A DNA stretch of 64,000 nt from Folioceros fuciformis (lineage: Eukaryota): contig JBNGIO010006064.1 in assembly GCA_049999805.1 (NCBI GenBank), forward strand, positions 1 through 64,000, given 5' to 3'. Position numbers and translations under genes: made by a program. Below the pieces are notes generated by a model. The model was not told the origin of the DNA and searched no databases. It saw only the letters and a list, made by a program, of their open reading frames with translations. Positions 46,682 through 61,137 of the stretch are shown here, one piece after another. The stretch's first letter is position 1. Each line of letters opens with the position of its first letter.

Positions 46682-49600
46682 TCATGAACTCAAGATCCAT
46701 TGTACACATTCTTTGAGAAGCTCAAAACTGTAGTGGGTGGCGATGTCTTGGAACACCGTCATCCTTGAGCGGTATTCCGAAGGCGATTCCGTGCATCTGT
46801 AATCCCCTCCACAAGCACACTGGTCTGCTGCATGCGAGGCTTTCACCTGCCGCACCAGGGGGATAGCAACAACGGCTCATCAACAACAAGTAACAAAGCA
46901 GCACACTTAAGTTTAACAAGAAGACTGGTGTCGAAGGGACAAAAAGAGCACCTGCCGGCACTTCCGACAAACCAGGTCCTGGAGATGGTATGACCGTTCT
47001 CGTTGTCGAACGATTTGGACCAAAGCATTTTCAACCCACTCCAGGTCGTAACTTTGATCACAATCACTGGATCTACACTTCCAGTTCCCCTCAAGCAATG
47101 AGGAGTCACGACACAAATCCAGATCCCTACAGTCATTGCAGTAGCTGTCCTTGCCAGGCCAAATGAGAGAACCGTCAGTTCCGTATCACTTCTCAAAGCT
47201 TGCTCATTTCCCCCCGCCATCAAAATTCAAGTTGGATCTACCTGCATATGACGTTAGGGAGAGTGAAGGAGCGGCACGGGTCCTGGAAGGTGGCTTCTGC
47301 ACTGAACTCCCGAGTGTGGACCAGTCTCAACAGATTTTTCCGCAAGACCTGTTGCAGAAAAGAGTTCGCTTACAATAGGATCTCGCCTTCTTCAGAGAAA
47401 GGGGGACGCAAAGCACGACAAAAGTTTGGCTTTACCATGACTTCGTATTCCACTCCTTTGTCTATTGCCAGAACAGCACAGGTGTGTTTCACGAATTCCA
47501 GGACTGCTTCACTTGCTGCCTTTGGCCTGGATGCGTTAGAGAGGCCGGAAGTTTGATACAGCGAGTCCTCATCAAGTCTTAACCCTGACAGCTTCCGTTG
47601 CAGCTCCCGTATCATCCGCAATAGTCTGTCCGTGAAATATGATGATATCTGCGCCATCGTCCAATTAGTTGCTGGGAAGGATGCGGTGAAGCCTGCAAGT
47701 TTTGTCCAAATTGAAACGAAACAGTTCACCGTACTTCGAACTCACCTGTTGTCTCAGGAACACTAGCTCAATGGAATCGGTCTCATTGGCAGCGGTAACA
47801 GTCACAGACGGAGTGCAACCATCATCAATAGCTTGAGCAGCCAGACGTTGTTCCAGGTTTTGTCGTGCATGTTTCCAGGGAATGTAGATGTACTCCGAGA
47901 CTATGAGGATGAACAAGTTCTGCTCGGCATCCAACAAGCACCAAGCACATCAGGAAGACGGTGTGTACAAGGTGTTAAACCACACCTTCGGTATTGAGCA
48001 AAGCCTCATGTTATCAAGCTTACTTGAGCTTCCGTTGGTAAATAATCAGCTATATTCCAGCACGAAACAATGTCAGGTACATATGAATCAAGGGGTCGTA
48101 GGCCTTCAGCATGCTCTCTAGATGATGATTCTGGAGGTTCAACCTCAAGTCCTCCGTAGTTATACTGCAGAGGCATGCATGGACCGCTACTCAGGGCCAC
48201 GGCATTGTAGGAATTTGAGAACGTGTCATGAGCTTCGAAGCCGAACTAACCTGATCCATAAAAAGGAGAGAGTGCCACGACCGGTGTGGTACAAGCTCTA
48301 TCCATTCAAACAGCTCCCTAAGAGTGTTACACCAACCAAGAGACAAACAATCAAAACCATTACAGCTCACACTGAAAGGAGTCTCGGCTGGCATGAGTTC
48401 GGATAAAACCACTACCGAGTTTTCAAGGTCTTGAGCAGATAATCACGGTAAGCTTCCGCAGCAGACACAACACTCCTGCTCGTGTTGATTATTATTCTTG
48501 AGAAATCCGCAAAAATAACTGTTGCGCCGAGTTTCTCAATCTCTACGACGAGGTGGCTGTAGACCTTTTTCATAACCTGAAAGAGCAATGACACATCACA
48601 CACTGCGTTACATTTTGTAACTGATGGCGAAGATTGTCGACCGAACTGTAGAGAAGTGTTGAGAGAAGGGCCAGCCAGCCACAGATCCTAACTGTATGCA
48701 TAAAAACCTCAAATGTCTCTGCAAGGGAGACCCGTATCTCACCTTGTGCAGAACTCGATGAAGGGCAGGATCATGCAGCCTTGATTGGGGACTGCAATCA
48801 AGAAGCTCAGTGTTAGCACACAAATTGTTGCACAATTGCCCTTACATGCCCGATGTGCAAACTAACCTGCAAAGCCATCTGTATAAATGCTGGAGAAGAT
48901 AATCTGCAAAGGGATTGGCAGAAGACGTTGCATCAGCAAGCCATCCTTGAACCATTCCCTTCAGGATTTGAAATGCAGGTGCACACAAGTCGGCCTCATC
49001 CCATCCAGATTGTTCAAGCATTGGCTCTAGCTGTGCGCCTGCTGCTCCTGGTGCAGCTGTCAGTGAACTACCACCTTCCAGCTCATAGACTTGGTTGCAC
49101 TTCAGTAGTGCATTGACTGCTAGATGGTGCATCTGCCAAGGCAACGCCGCACATGACCAGCTCAGATAAGCCTCGACGCAACAAAGTGCAGCACAAAATG
49201 GTCACTTCGAACAAGGGCAACAGGTGCTCGAAGAAAACCTTAAGCTCGACGGAAATGCTTCTGTATGCACCAGCCTTTGTCCAAGCTGGTTGTTCTACCT
49301 AGAATTGCAAAAGATGGCGTCATAAGTCAAATGAAATCAGCATGGTGATCTGGAAAAAGCCTCACATTTCCTTCAACAAAAAGTTTCAGAAAAAGGGGAT
49401 ACACGTAGTCCTCGATGTTTGTTCAAGGAAGCAGCAAGGAGCAGGCCGTCAAACTGGTTGGACCATACAACCTAGCGTACAAACAGCAGAAACCACGCAC
49501 AGAATCATCAATAATTACTTGCCTCGTCTGCATAAGTGCTCTCGTCTTGAGAATTCCCTCCAAGGTCTGGCAACCCATTCCTGGAAACCCACAATACCTG

Positions 49601-52600
49601 CAAAGATGCCCCTGAAAGTAAGTTGGCATTGACAAATACACACATTCACAAAACCAAAGGAAAGGTAAAGCGCCAGTCAGTCAGACCTGCTGGTGATCAC
49701 GCAGGGCACGTGCAAAGAAGATATCGGCTGTAAAAATAACCCAGTCGCCCACAAAGTTGCCAATAGGCACCTGGAGGCGACATTCTCAGGAATCAAGAGG
49801 CATATGATACAGTGAGAACAAACATATAGACATTGAGAAACAAGACTTACATGGGCATACTGTGACAGCGCAACTCTATCATTGAACCATTCGCTGACCC
49901 CGGAACATCTATGCATTGCTGCCCTGGCCGCAATACCTTGCCAACCCAGAGTCTGCAATAAAGTCATGCACAGTGGAGCTTCCGATGTAAACTCAGATTC
50001 ATCGGATTCTGAACCAGAAGAGATTCCTAGAACTTTACAGTGGAGTACCTGATACTGATTATCCTTGGCATTGGACCCCATGTCAACACAGGGAAAGTCT
50101 GCGAGCGCTGGAAGCAAAGCCAACACGATATCTTTCTTGGAGCATTCAAGCAGTCCGACCGTTGGCTTCTGGATCTGGTCTCTGCAATACAAGATTATGA
50201 TGAGCATCCTCATCTACGAATATGCGGAATTCATTGGAAAAGCTTCACATTAAAACTTCACTTGTACCTGAGCTCACCCAATATCCTCTGCAAGTGCCGG
50301 CCAGCCTCTGCATCGTTGGCAGCATACTCAACCTGTCACCAAATGATATGTCAGGAAATAGTTGGTCCCAGAAGCGAGTCCAAGCTATCTTGGGAACTAA
50401 TTAAGGTACCCGAACAGTTGCATGGCGCTCAGAGCTCCCCTTCCTTTTCGAATGTTCACGAAAATGTCGCTCACATTGGGTAGAAGTCACTTCCTTGTTA
50501 TTGAAAGGAGTGACAATTACGACAAGAACAGCTTCTTTTCCAGGAAGATACAGAGCATAAAGAGCTCGCGTGTTTGAGAGACTGAGCACATTCACAAGCA
50601 AAAAAAAATTAGAGAAATGCCAGTACAACGAGTTCCTAGGTTAACTGACACGGAGAGGCAACCAACCTCTGGTATAAGTAAAACAGTCCAACCGAGTTTG
50701 GAAGATAGGGGAACTCAGTTGTTGTCTTCATACGCAAATCATCAAGAGTCCACCCATCCCTCAGTGTTTTACTTCGAGATTTTTTCTCAACAACGCACAC
50801 ACAACCCAATTGCAGAAGGGTATGAAAGTCGAGGGGCAATTTTGTTTCGTACACGCCCTGCGCACAGCAACAGCAGATCTACATCAAACATTCAAGGAGT
50901 CGCAACACATCGGGATCAAGCCACAAACTGAGCATGAAATGTGAAACCACAAAGTGGACCAGCAATGCACCTCAACGTCAGGATCGGCAAGATGTGCACG
51001 CAGCTCTCTGTTCATGTCCCTAAACTGTTCTTCATCAACAACAACCTGGTTCCCCAATATGACTGTCAGAAGGTGTAGAAAGCCAATGCAACGAAACTTC
51101 ATCTATGTCATGACTGGCAAGGACGACAGAAAATGGTCTCCTACCTCGAGCAGGTTAAAGGAGAGGCGCCCATGTGGGAGACTGCGCTTTACAAGGGGCC
51201 CAGGGTATGCAGCAGCATCTGCTGACCGAGTGTTGAGGAAAAACACTCGTGGGACCCTCAAGAGAACCTTGAACATGTTTCCCTCAGCAAGAACCCAAGC
51301 AGTAAAATTCCCTGGAATTCGTGTTGAAGAGAACTGCAGTACCTGGAGTCATAATATGCCGCCCAGTAGTCAGGGCTGCAAGAATGCTCAAGTCACAAGC
51401 AGCTCGAATCACCACATAACAATGCCTTCCTTACAGAAGACACCAATGAGATTTTACCTGCCAGTGAGAGTGGACAAGGGCAGCCCTTGTGTCTCTGAAG
51501 AAAGTTCCCACCCCAGATCCATTTTTCTCTTGAAGAGATTGAAATTTGGGAACCCTGCCTGTTGATTGCCTTTCCCTGACACTGTCCTCGATAGTTGTGG
51601 AATGCCTGTTCTATGCGGTGGGAAAAAGGCCAGGCCAATGCACTAACGATGTAAATGCAGCAGTAACCAAAACTGTTCCAACTCATAAACAAGCAAGGGT
51701 TTCTGGGACAGGACAAGATTTTGAGAAGGTATACCGTAGTCGTTTTCGCTTTTCACGATTATCCTTCCACTTCCGTTTTCTATGCTCCAGCCATAAACCA
51801 TAGTTGTCTGCCTTCTTGGGACTCAAGTCTCTTGCTGGGAGGGGTTGTTGCAACGCTTCATTATCTCGCTCCTGTGGACCTTCCACCCCTTGTTGGCCTA
51901 CAGCAGGAGGTCCTTGCTCCTGACCCTGATCTGGTCGAAGACGCTCCTCTACATCAGCTTGCCTGGTATATGTTCGTAATAGTGGCCTAAGAGGATTTCG
52001 GATTACAGTATTTATAGCACCAGGAGCATCCTCAATGTCCGGAACAAGACCATTGGGACTAGCCAATGTTTTTGCATGTTGTGCCCCAAACAGATCTTGA
52101 ATGCTTCTTTGACGCCACTTGTCATCCTTCTCTCGAGCCTTTTTCCACAGCCAATCTGGATGGGTTACCCGAGGCACAGGATTCCGCACCTTCAGAACAG
52201 AACATAATATTAGGCAGGCATGAACCCACACCTGGATAACACACAGAAGGCCAAAAAGCTTGTGAAAATCACAATATAGCAATTGAAAATCTAGTGGAAC
52301 CTTTTGCATAGCAGCGGGGATAGTAATAATCTTCTGAACAGCAGAACCAAGGCGCTGTCTGTAGTAAGCCCAGTCGATGATCGAGCGGATGGAAGCATCG
52401 GTTGCACCCTTGCACCACTTTTTCAAGTAGACCTTCCTTATTTCTGCAGTCAGAGGCTTATTTCTTACATCTCAACCATGTGCGTCCTCAACTGTTGAAA
52501 GACAAAGAACAGGTGCGATTCAGCATACCAGGTTCTGTCTCAAAAATTGCAACTGGTATTGCACGTTCACTTACGGGAGCACCCTGCAGCAGTGTAGACA

Positions 52601-55600
52601 CCGGCTTAAGTCTAACCATCCCAAAAAAGACAATGGATAGACCCACATCACTACTGGTTTAGTTTGCCATACAAAATGCTAGGGGGTGGCACCTGAGGGC
52701 TGCAAGCAACGATGTAACGACAGCTTAGACCTTTCTCTTTCACCATGGCATCTCCTAGGAAATCAGCAAGACGTCTGGCAGTAGTTGTTGCACAGGACTT
52801 CTTATCCCCATAATCTGCAAGTGACTTGCTCATGGTACTTGACTCAGAGATGTACTCCAGAAGTTCACTATCAGCAACATCTGCTCCCTGATTCTGCACA
52901 ACCGTGAATGCCCTTCGTCTTCTCAGCTAGGTGAACTTTCAACTTCAAAACTATACAGTAGGCAGCACCGATGGAAGGGAGCACACATAAGTACCTCAAG
53001 GAAGTCCAGCCACCGGTCTGCCACAGCTGCAACCGCTGCATAACATTCTTCCAGGGTCTTCCCATGGAGGAAGTTTTCAAACACTTCAGACTGGAACAGC
53101 AAAACAATCCGCTTTTCACATCACATATTTCTAGACTCTTGCAAATCCAATAGCTCTGTCTTCATGGTGGACATGAGATTTTTTACGTTGAAAAGTCTCA
53201 CCTGAAAGACTTTGATGAGCTTTAGCTCACCTCGCCGTTTGACTTCAAACCCTTTCAGCTCAGCAAGAGAGCCATCTAAATTAAACACAGCATAACGTTT
53301 CTTGATAAGAACTCCTTCCTCTTTGGATGCAGGTAAGATCATGGCCTGCAACAGATACCATGCGTCAACACATGCTATCAACAGATGCAAACAAACTAGT
53401 TGGAAAGGACTGGCAACGCACGCTACCTTGTATGGTCCATCCACCTCGAACTCAATAGAGCATTCACTGCTCGTAACATACGTCCGGCGAGAGCTGTCAA
53501 CCATGGTCTGCAGGGATGGAACTATTTAGATCAAGAAGAACGAAATGAAGTTTGCAACCGCTAGTCTGAGAGGTGTGTCCACATACCTGGTATTGATCAT
53601 TGGTGTTACTCAAGGCCACATCCACGTTCAGCATTACACACGGGTATGAAAATGCAAATTTCTTGGAAGTCCTAATGTGGGAGCGACAGTGACATTTAGT
53701 CATAAAAGAATTTCAACCGAGAGAATTACTGGAAGGTGCAAAACATGAAGAGGAAAACCAAGAGAAAACAAATGTACCTTAGGGTAAAAAAAAAGTTATC
53801 CGGGAAGGATCCAGGAAGGGCACACCATATGCCATCAGTGTCAAGCTCCAAAGGTCGCCCAATTTGTTCCACCAGAAGGCGAGCATTTTGAATTATTTTA
53901 GCGCCTGTATACGTCACAACACCAGCCATTTCCATGGAATACCATCTTGCTCCCCTGCTCGTTTTCCACTAAATGCACAGTTAGACCAGAGGACAATGCT
54001 GACAGAAATCCCTTCCACAGAACCAAAAAAGCACAAAGATGTGCCATACTTCCGCATCACATAGCCGTAGAATGAGTTCAGGATGCACTTGTGTGCTAGC
54101 TGCAAGGAGTCGTACAAAACCACCATGTCCTGTTTGGTACTAAACAAATTAGGCCCAGGTACATAAATGCACTCCCTTTCGCATTGAGAAACATGACCGA
54201 AACCACAATTTTCTGGTACACTCGTCACCTGAGCCTCCTGAATTGTTCTTGGATTTCCAGACGCTTTAGCTTCTGATAGTTTGGCTTTCCAGACCTTGTT
54301 CAGACCTTTATACTCATACCGTCGATCTCGAAAACTTCATACAACGAAAGACACCAAGCCAGTCCCAATGTACAGGTAAGTTTCCATCCAACAAGCGCAA
54401 CGTCCAAACCATTTCAGCTGACTCACCTCCGCACAGTGTCCACGTAAAAAGGGTTTTCCCTCATGCAGATGTTTGCTGAGCGAAGCTCGGTAATAGGCTT
54501 GTCCAGAACTCGCTTATAAACCTGATAGCCAAATTCAGAATCAGTCCTGCCTCTCTTTCATAGCTCATCAAAATTCGGAGTAGGATATGCACTCACACCT
54601 TTTGACAGTATTTTTTCAGTCGATCTTTCAGCTTGGCCTGCTGCTGATCTTTTGGAAGGTTGTGAAAATATTGTGTAGCTCCATCAGAAGATGGAAAAGA
54701 TTCTGATTCAATTTGATTCTTCAAGTGCATGTACTCACTGACATCAGCAACGATCAAGGAACAGCTTAGTTTGCATTTACCACCAATGTACACCTTATTT
54801 ACAATAGGATTAGCAGACATCTGCTGACCTTCGTTTTGCAGAGTAGGTCTCTCCTCTCCATACCCATTCCATCTTGCGTAGACACGTCTTATCTGGACGA
54901 TTGAAATCGCATGCTGCACAGACGTCATCTGTTACAACGGAGGGCGGCTGATTCAAAGAAAGAAGTATCAGAATCTTCCTGCTCTTGGAATTTCAGTTCG
55001 CAGAGGCATGTGCATGTCCCACACAAGTGATGTAGAAGTGACATGAGAATACAATGCGAAAGTTTTATCCACCTGAAGACGATTTGTGAGTATAATATTT
55101 GGATACATGGCTGCTACATCCAAGTGGTAAATCAGAGGCTCCTCTTCTCTAACGGGAGCATCTCGCAAGGCCTCCAGCTGCGCAGGCAGAAAAGTAGACA
55201 TAAGCAAAGTAAAATTCTATCATTTCAGATGTCCATAGCATAGGCAGATTTGGAGATTTGTTGACATCTTGCTTTACCTTGCCTTGAATCTGTTCTCTAA
55301 CTTCCTGGTAGTTCGTAACTGACTCCAAATCCACCTTGCCCTCTTGAAGAGCATATTGCAAGTCCCGGTCAAGATTATCAATTAATTTCTGGTGCAAGCA
55401 GAGCATAGCATGCACTAAGTTAGGTCCTTTACAGGAGCCCATAGGTTGATTCTACAGAGTGGAGCAATAGGCTGCTTCCTTGAAATGCACCTGATAGGCT
55501 TCAGGAACCAAACGGAATTTTGTGGGCAAATCAGATCGAAAGACACCACTCTCTAAGCATTCCACATGGCCTCCAATATAGGTCTCACTCTCCAAAAGAT

Positions 55601-58600
55601 GCCCGTTGTGAGACTTTTCTGACTCAGATTTATGCTTGTTTGGGCAAATAATGTTCCCCTTGAAGGCCTGAAAATTTGAAAACAGAAGGTGACTTAAACG
55701 TTGCAATGCGCTCCAACATAAGCCTCCATAAATTCAACAAGTCATCCAAGAGGGAACGTTGAGGAACTCATCGACAGCTGTGAGTCAAATTTAAGTACCT
55801 GGGCCATGAGAAGCGTCTCACAGAGCGTTCCCGAACCCTTTCGCAAAACCTCATCCGGAGGCATTGGTATTATTGTGGCTAATGAGAAAATGAATGGATG
55901 CACATAAGTCATGTACAGATAGTATGTCGATAGAGCATCAGAGACTGAGTATGACGCCATGGTCTTCACAAAACAGCAACAGTAACATACCTACAAGTGT
56001 TAGGCTCAAATTCCTCTAAGATACACTGACATACACAATCATTGGCGTAAGATTGTAACATTGTACCTGAGGTTGTTCCATCGCAAAGCGAACCATGTCT
56101 TCTGGATTAACCTCCAAAGGGTCATATCCAAGCTTCACTTTCGTCACTGCCTGCTTGGCACAGCACTGACTCGTTAACAAAGAATGGTCACTAGAACTGG
56201 TCCAAGTTAGTACAGGCTGGGAAGGCTCAACTCAAGTTCGGGACACACCTTCAGACCCTGGCTGCCCTGTGGCAAATAACTGTCACGCTTAACCCAAGCA
56301 AAGCAGTCCAAATGACAAGCAAACTTGCTAATACATTCGCCTTGGCTCTCATCACAATGGAATCCTATCTCCTGCACACATGTGGTATCATCGTTAAACA
56401 AAGTCGGACTCCCAAGGAACCAGATTAGGATCGAGAGCATCAACACACACTTTCTACCAACCACTCCAGAAACATGATGCACAAAGAGCAAGCCTTAGGA
56501 AGCAGAGTCAGAACTTTACATCATGCATGTTCATTCCATGGTGCTTGGCTCGCTCCTGAATGAAAGGCCAGTCAAAAAAGTCACCATTGTATGATACATA
56601 AATGCCAGGTTTCACATCTAGCATGTGGCTGAACCAACGTCGGAGAAGCTCCCTCTGGTACACAGACAACAAAAGGATGAGAGCTCTGACAACTTTCCCA
56701 CCAAGCAATCCGTGACAGACAGAGACGGTAAATACCTCATCTGACACGTTTGTCACTTTGAACAGTCCCTCGTATTCATGCTTCGGGCTATACTCAATGT
56801 CTTCTATTTCCTCACCCACACACTGAACAAAGGGACAGGAAGCATCAAGGTATCGCGATTGTATTACATCAGTAGGATCTTGATTCTCAACAGTCGATCA
56901 ATTCCAGAACCGAACATGACAACGCTGTTATGAAGATAATAAGGACAGGGGCTTAGAGCGAGAAGATTGTGTACCTCACGGTTGACAATAAGGAACCCCT
57001 CACCATCTATCATGTATGAGATCATCATAATCATGTCGTATGATGCATCAGGGAACTTTAAAGGAAGCTTGGTTGTCTCGATATCAAATGCACAGACTCG
57101 AACCTCTGCTCGCTGGAGCAAATCAGTCCTTCTTTCCAGTGTAACGCTCGAAGCCTCTACACTGACCTTGTACCACTGTCCACATCTGACATCTACAAAT
57201 TCCTCCCAGGGTTTCCGGATCAGCAACAGAATTAAATTGCGTGTGGTCCACTGTGTGCCAGCTATGGAAAAAGCTCAAGTTTGCTGCCCTTAGTGCCATG
57301 AAAAGACGCTTTGCAGGAAATCTCCGCAGAACTTACCATTATCTATGGCAAAACGGATATGATATGGAACATCGTACTCCCGCAATTCCATGAGCAAGTC
57401 AGCATAATCCTGCACTCTTGTTTCCCTCGATGCCTTCCCACTGCCAGTCGGGAAGGTCAGGATAAGCCAGCTCTCCTGTTTAGTGACAGAGCGGTTTGGT
57501 AAACATGACGTGACCAAGATGGCTATCGCTCACCTTAAGTCATGAAGGAGGGATTCATAAACCCCTGGCTTGGCCTGGTTTCGACTGACGACCGGTAGCA
57601 GGTCACTTTTCACCGCCATTAAGTCTTGGACAGTGTAGAAACTCAATTTCAAGTATATTTTGTGGAGACCAGACAGATGATTTTTCTGCAGCCGAGACGT
57701 ATGTCAGAGAGCAAAGGTCATAGATTGAAATTGCGGACCCCCTGTAACCCCTTGGACAGATTCTACTGACAAAAGGAGCTCCAACAGACCATGGAATACC
57801 AAGAAGAGAGGTATCCAATATGCTGTCAATAAGAATGCTGGTGATCCTCACCACCTCCAGGTCCTCCTTCTGAACCAATTCCAGAGTTGCAAGCTGTTCC
57901 CCATATCGCCGCCGCAAATATGCTTCAACTTCTCTTTCCTTACCCGCCTGCGAGCCGGAAAGTGACATGCATATCACGATTCCACTCCTGCCCACGGATT
58001 CTCACAGAGGAGCCAGGAAAAATTGCAAGATGGTTGAGACAGTCGGCATCTCCCACCTTCGTGCCGACGTAAAAGTAGGGACAGAATTTGACTTGGGACT
58101 TGAAGGTTGAGCCGTCCTACATTGCCAAGAGAACAGTTGATTGACATACCGTACCACCCAACGGTGACAAACGCTGGATAAGACCCCAGACTGACAATGT
58201 GATCAAACCTGGCACATAAAATAGAGGTTGACACAACTGCGAGTATGATTCTCGTTGTTCCGATCTTCCAGCGACGACTGCAGAGGGACAAGAGCGAGAA
58301 TGTGAGGGATTGGCAAGAGCAGAAGGAGGGAAATTCGAGCATCCAGTAGCACCCACCGTGCTCATGTTGAGCAGCCATCCGAGGCGAGGCTCCCCCTCTG
58401 CGAAAATGGCGTACCCAAACTTGGCCTCCAACTCGTCTGCAGAGGTGTTCCATACTCTGGACCTGCCCACTCGCCGCACCTGCTCATTTCCAGCTTTGGA
58501 TGGCTTCTCGTCGGGATCGTGTGTCTTTGCAGATCCGCGTCCCGCTCTTCCCCCTCCGCCTCTCGGCCTAGAGCCCCGGCGGAAGCCCCCAAAGTTGGGC

Positions 58601-58620
58601 CTGTTCCCGCGGCCTGCCAT
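46682..58620 (-). CDS. POL2A: DNA polymerase epsilon catalytic subunit A, many exons
   Basis: [93 protein letters not shown] and C-terminal zinc fingers ([15 protein letters not shown]). Stop at 46682-46684. Confidence 0.97.
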
Positions 58621-58723
58621 AGCCGGATCCTCCGGCTGCGCGAGAAGACGGCCTAGCCTGGCCCGGCTTTGGACTGTCACAAATTCACAGTGACCGGTTC
58701 CGGTGCTGAGTTGATGAGAAAGC

Positions 58724-58811
58724 GCGGGAAAGCAACGAACGACTCTGAGGTGAAGTCGAGTTAAGCTAACCCTCGGGCTGGTCAGCCTGACCAGGATGGC
58801 GGCATTCCCGC
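58724..58811. promoter_or_regulatory. Candidate E2F sites in the POL2A/CRR1 divergent promoter
   Basis: TTTCCCGC on the minus strand at 58724-58731 and ATTCCCGC on the plus strand at 58804-58811, about 100-190 bp upstream of the Pol epsilon ATG. Confidence 0.65.
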
Positions 58812-58913
58812 TGAGGGGACGATGCAAGGGGAAGGGAGTATTCAACGTCATCTCCATCGCCATTGCGATCTCTACAGTCACAGCCATAGCCAGAAACAGC
58901 TATTACAGAGACC

Positions 58914-59936
58914 ATGAGTGCAGCCTGCTGCTGGCGTCCGACGGCTTGTCGAGTGACCTCCCCTTCCTCCACCTCCTGCTGTGTCACAGCTACGGCGCAG
59001 AGGCCGCAACGCAGCAACATTAGAGTAGTGGTGAACGGGGCCGGGAATGGCGTGGGCAAGGCCGCCATAGCTGCCATCTCCAAAGCTCGGGGAATGGAAG
59101 TTGTTGGAGCTGTGGACAGCCGGGGAGTGGGGGAAGACGCAGGCACATTCGCAGGCATGGAGCAGGAACTGGAGATCCCCATCCTGAACGACCTGGTGAT
59201 GGTGCTCGGCTCCACAGCGCAGGCCCAGGCTAAGGGCAAAGGAGTGATGGTGGACGTGTCGTCCGATCCCTCCGGCGTCTACGAAAACGTGAGGCAGGCC
59301 ACCGCGTTCGGGTTATGCAGCGTGGTGGCAGTCCCGGGCCTGGATCTGGATGTGGTGGCTGCTCTCTCAACTTTCTGCGACAAGGCGACCACAGGTCAGC
59401 TGTGCGTGCCAGCCTCGCTCACCAGCCACAGCCGAGACCTCCTTAGCAGCATTGTCGGCTGACGAAGAGTTACGTTGCGTTGCATCGCTTGCCACGCATG
59501 TATGCCAGGCTGCATCGTAGCTCCGACGCTGTCTATCGGACTTCTGTTGCTCCAGCAGGCTGCTGCATCCGCCGCCTTCAGGTACAAGCATGTGGAGATG
59601 ATCGAGTCTGCAAACGAGCCGGCTCCATTTCCTTCTTCCCTGGCGACGCAGGTGGCCGAGAGCCTGTCCGGTCTGGGACAGATTTACAATGACGCAAGTG
59701 CGGGTGCGGATACTCCCGCCCGAGGCGCGGCAGTCGGAGACGGTGTACGGGTGCACAGCCTGGTTATGCCCGGCGTCCTCTCCAGCTTAGACGTGAGATT
59801 CTCCGGCCCTGGAGAAATGTTGTCCATCCGACACGATGTCACCGATGTGCAAGCCTTCATGCCTGGCCTTGTGCTGGCCATCCGCAAGGTGGTGCAGCTC
59901 AAGTCTCTGGTGTATGGCTTGGACAAGATCATGTGA
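58914..59936 (+). CDS. CRR1: Dihydrodipicolinate reductase-like protein CRR1 (chloroplast NDH assembly), one intron 59395-59508
   Basis: IRVVVNGAG...KAAIAAISKARGMEVVGAVD...EIPILNDLVMVLGS, VYENVRQATAFG, GCIVAPTLSIG, MPGLVLAIRKVVQLKSLVYGLDKIM*. Confidence 0.9.
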
Positions 59937-61137
59937 ACCTTCCCTTTCCGTTCCTCCGTTCGTCCTTGTTTCACGCATATCCTGGAGCAGAGGTATATTT
60001 TCTCACACAGCTGAACCTGGCTTGCATTCTTCCGTCCTTCCTGCCTTCCTTGTTTCATCTCGCCCTCAAGCAAGCAGTTCTCTGTCTCATGATTCCGCAG
60101 GTTAGTCACTCAGGCGCCACGGTGGCTTCCTTCCTGCGTTTGTGCTTCATCCTCTTCCTCGAGCAAGCAGTGTCTTTGTCTGATGGATCAATGTATTATT
60201 TTACTCCGTGGAGATTGGACAACAATTTTGTGAACTTGCTTTCGCCTCCTTTGGTTTGGTTTGGTTTGCTGCACTCTCGTTTCCAAGGAGGTTTTTCCTC
60301 TGTGTCGTTGTGTGTGTTGTGTGACTTCGGCCCTACGGCGTGGACAAAGATGTCAAACTCTTGGCCTCCCATTCTCGCTTGCCTGCTTTCTGGGTTGAAT
60401 TTTATTCCCCTTATCTTCAGTAAGCAGCAGGATAGCTTGTGTGGTTCAATCTTATTCCAGTCAACATCACTGAGCTGAGAGGATAATTCCTGTCAATTTA
60501 GCCTGTCATACGGTTTAAGGTGGACTGGCAGTTTACTCTAACTTTTTTGGGTCGCAAAGCTCGTGGAACTGGGAGGGCCTCCTGTGATGCACCTTGTCGT
60601 AGACCTTGTAAACATCAAGAAAACTTGTCCGCGTCACCCTTCCTGGACTTTCGTCGTGGTTGCTCTAGTAGGCTCTTTTGCATTTAGGGTAGAAGGTTCC
60701 GACTTCGGGTACACCTGGCTTCTGCGCATCGAGGGTAAGAGGTTCCCAGTGCGCACCCACCCGGCCCTCGTCTGTTTAGGGTGAAAAGTCATCCGGGTTT
60801 GGGTTCACCCAGCCTTATTTAGACATGAACGTGTGTGCCGGTGAGACGCGTGGACTATATTTTTTACTCACTGGTTCGGTTGTCTTGCTTTTGCTTCTCT
60901 TATTCTGCCCCATGTTGTGCGCCATGGGAGCGTGGTGTGTCGGGGTCGGGGTGAGCAGGGGGCTGAGGGACAGGACAAGGAACATGGTGTAGAGGAGGCA
61001 GAGCCAGGACCAGGGTTTAGCGCTACAGAAGAAGAAGCACGAGACCAGGAGGAGGAGACAGAGGAAGAGCAGGAAGAAAGGAGGAGGAGTAAGGGGAAGA
61101 GGAAAGGAAAAGCAGGAAAAAGGGCAGGGCAGGAGCC

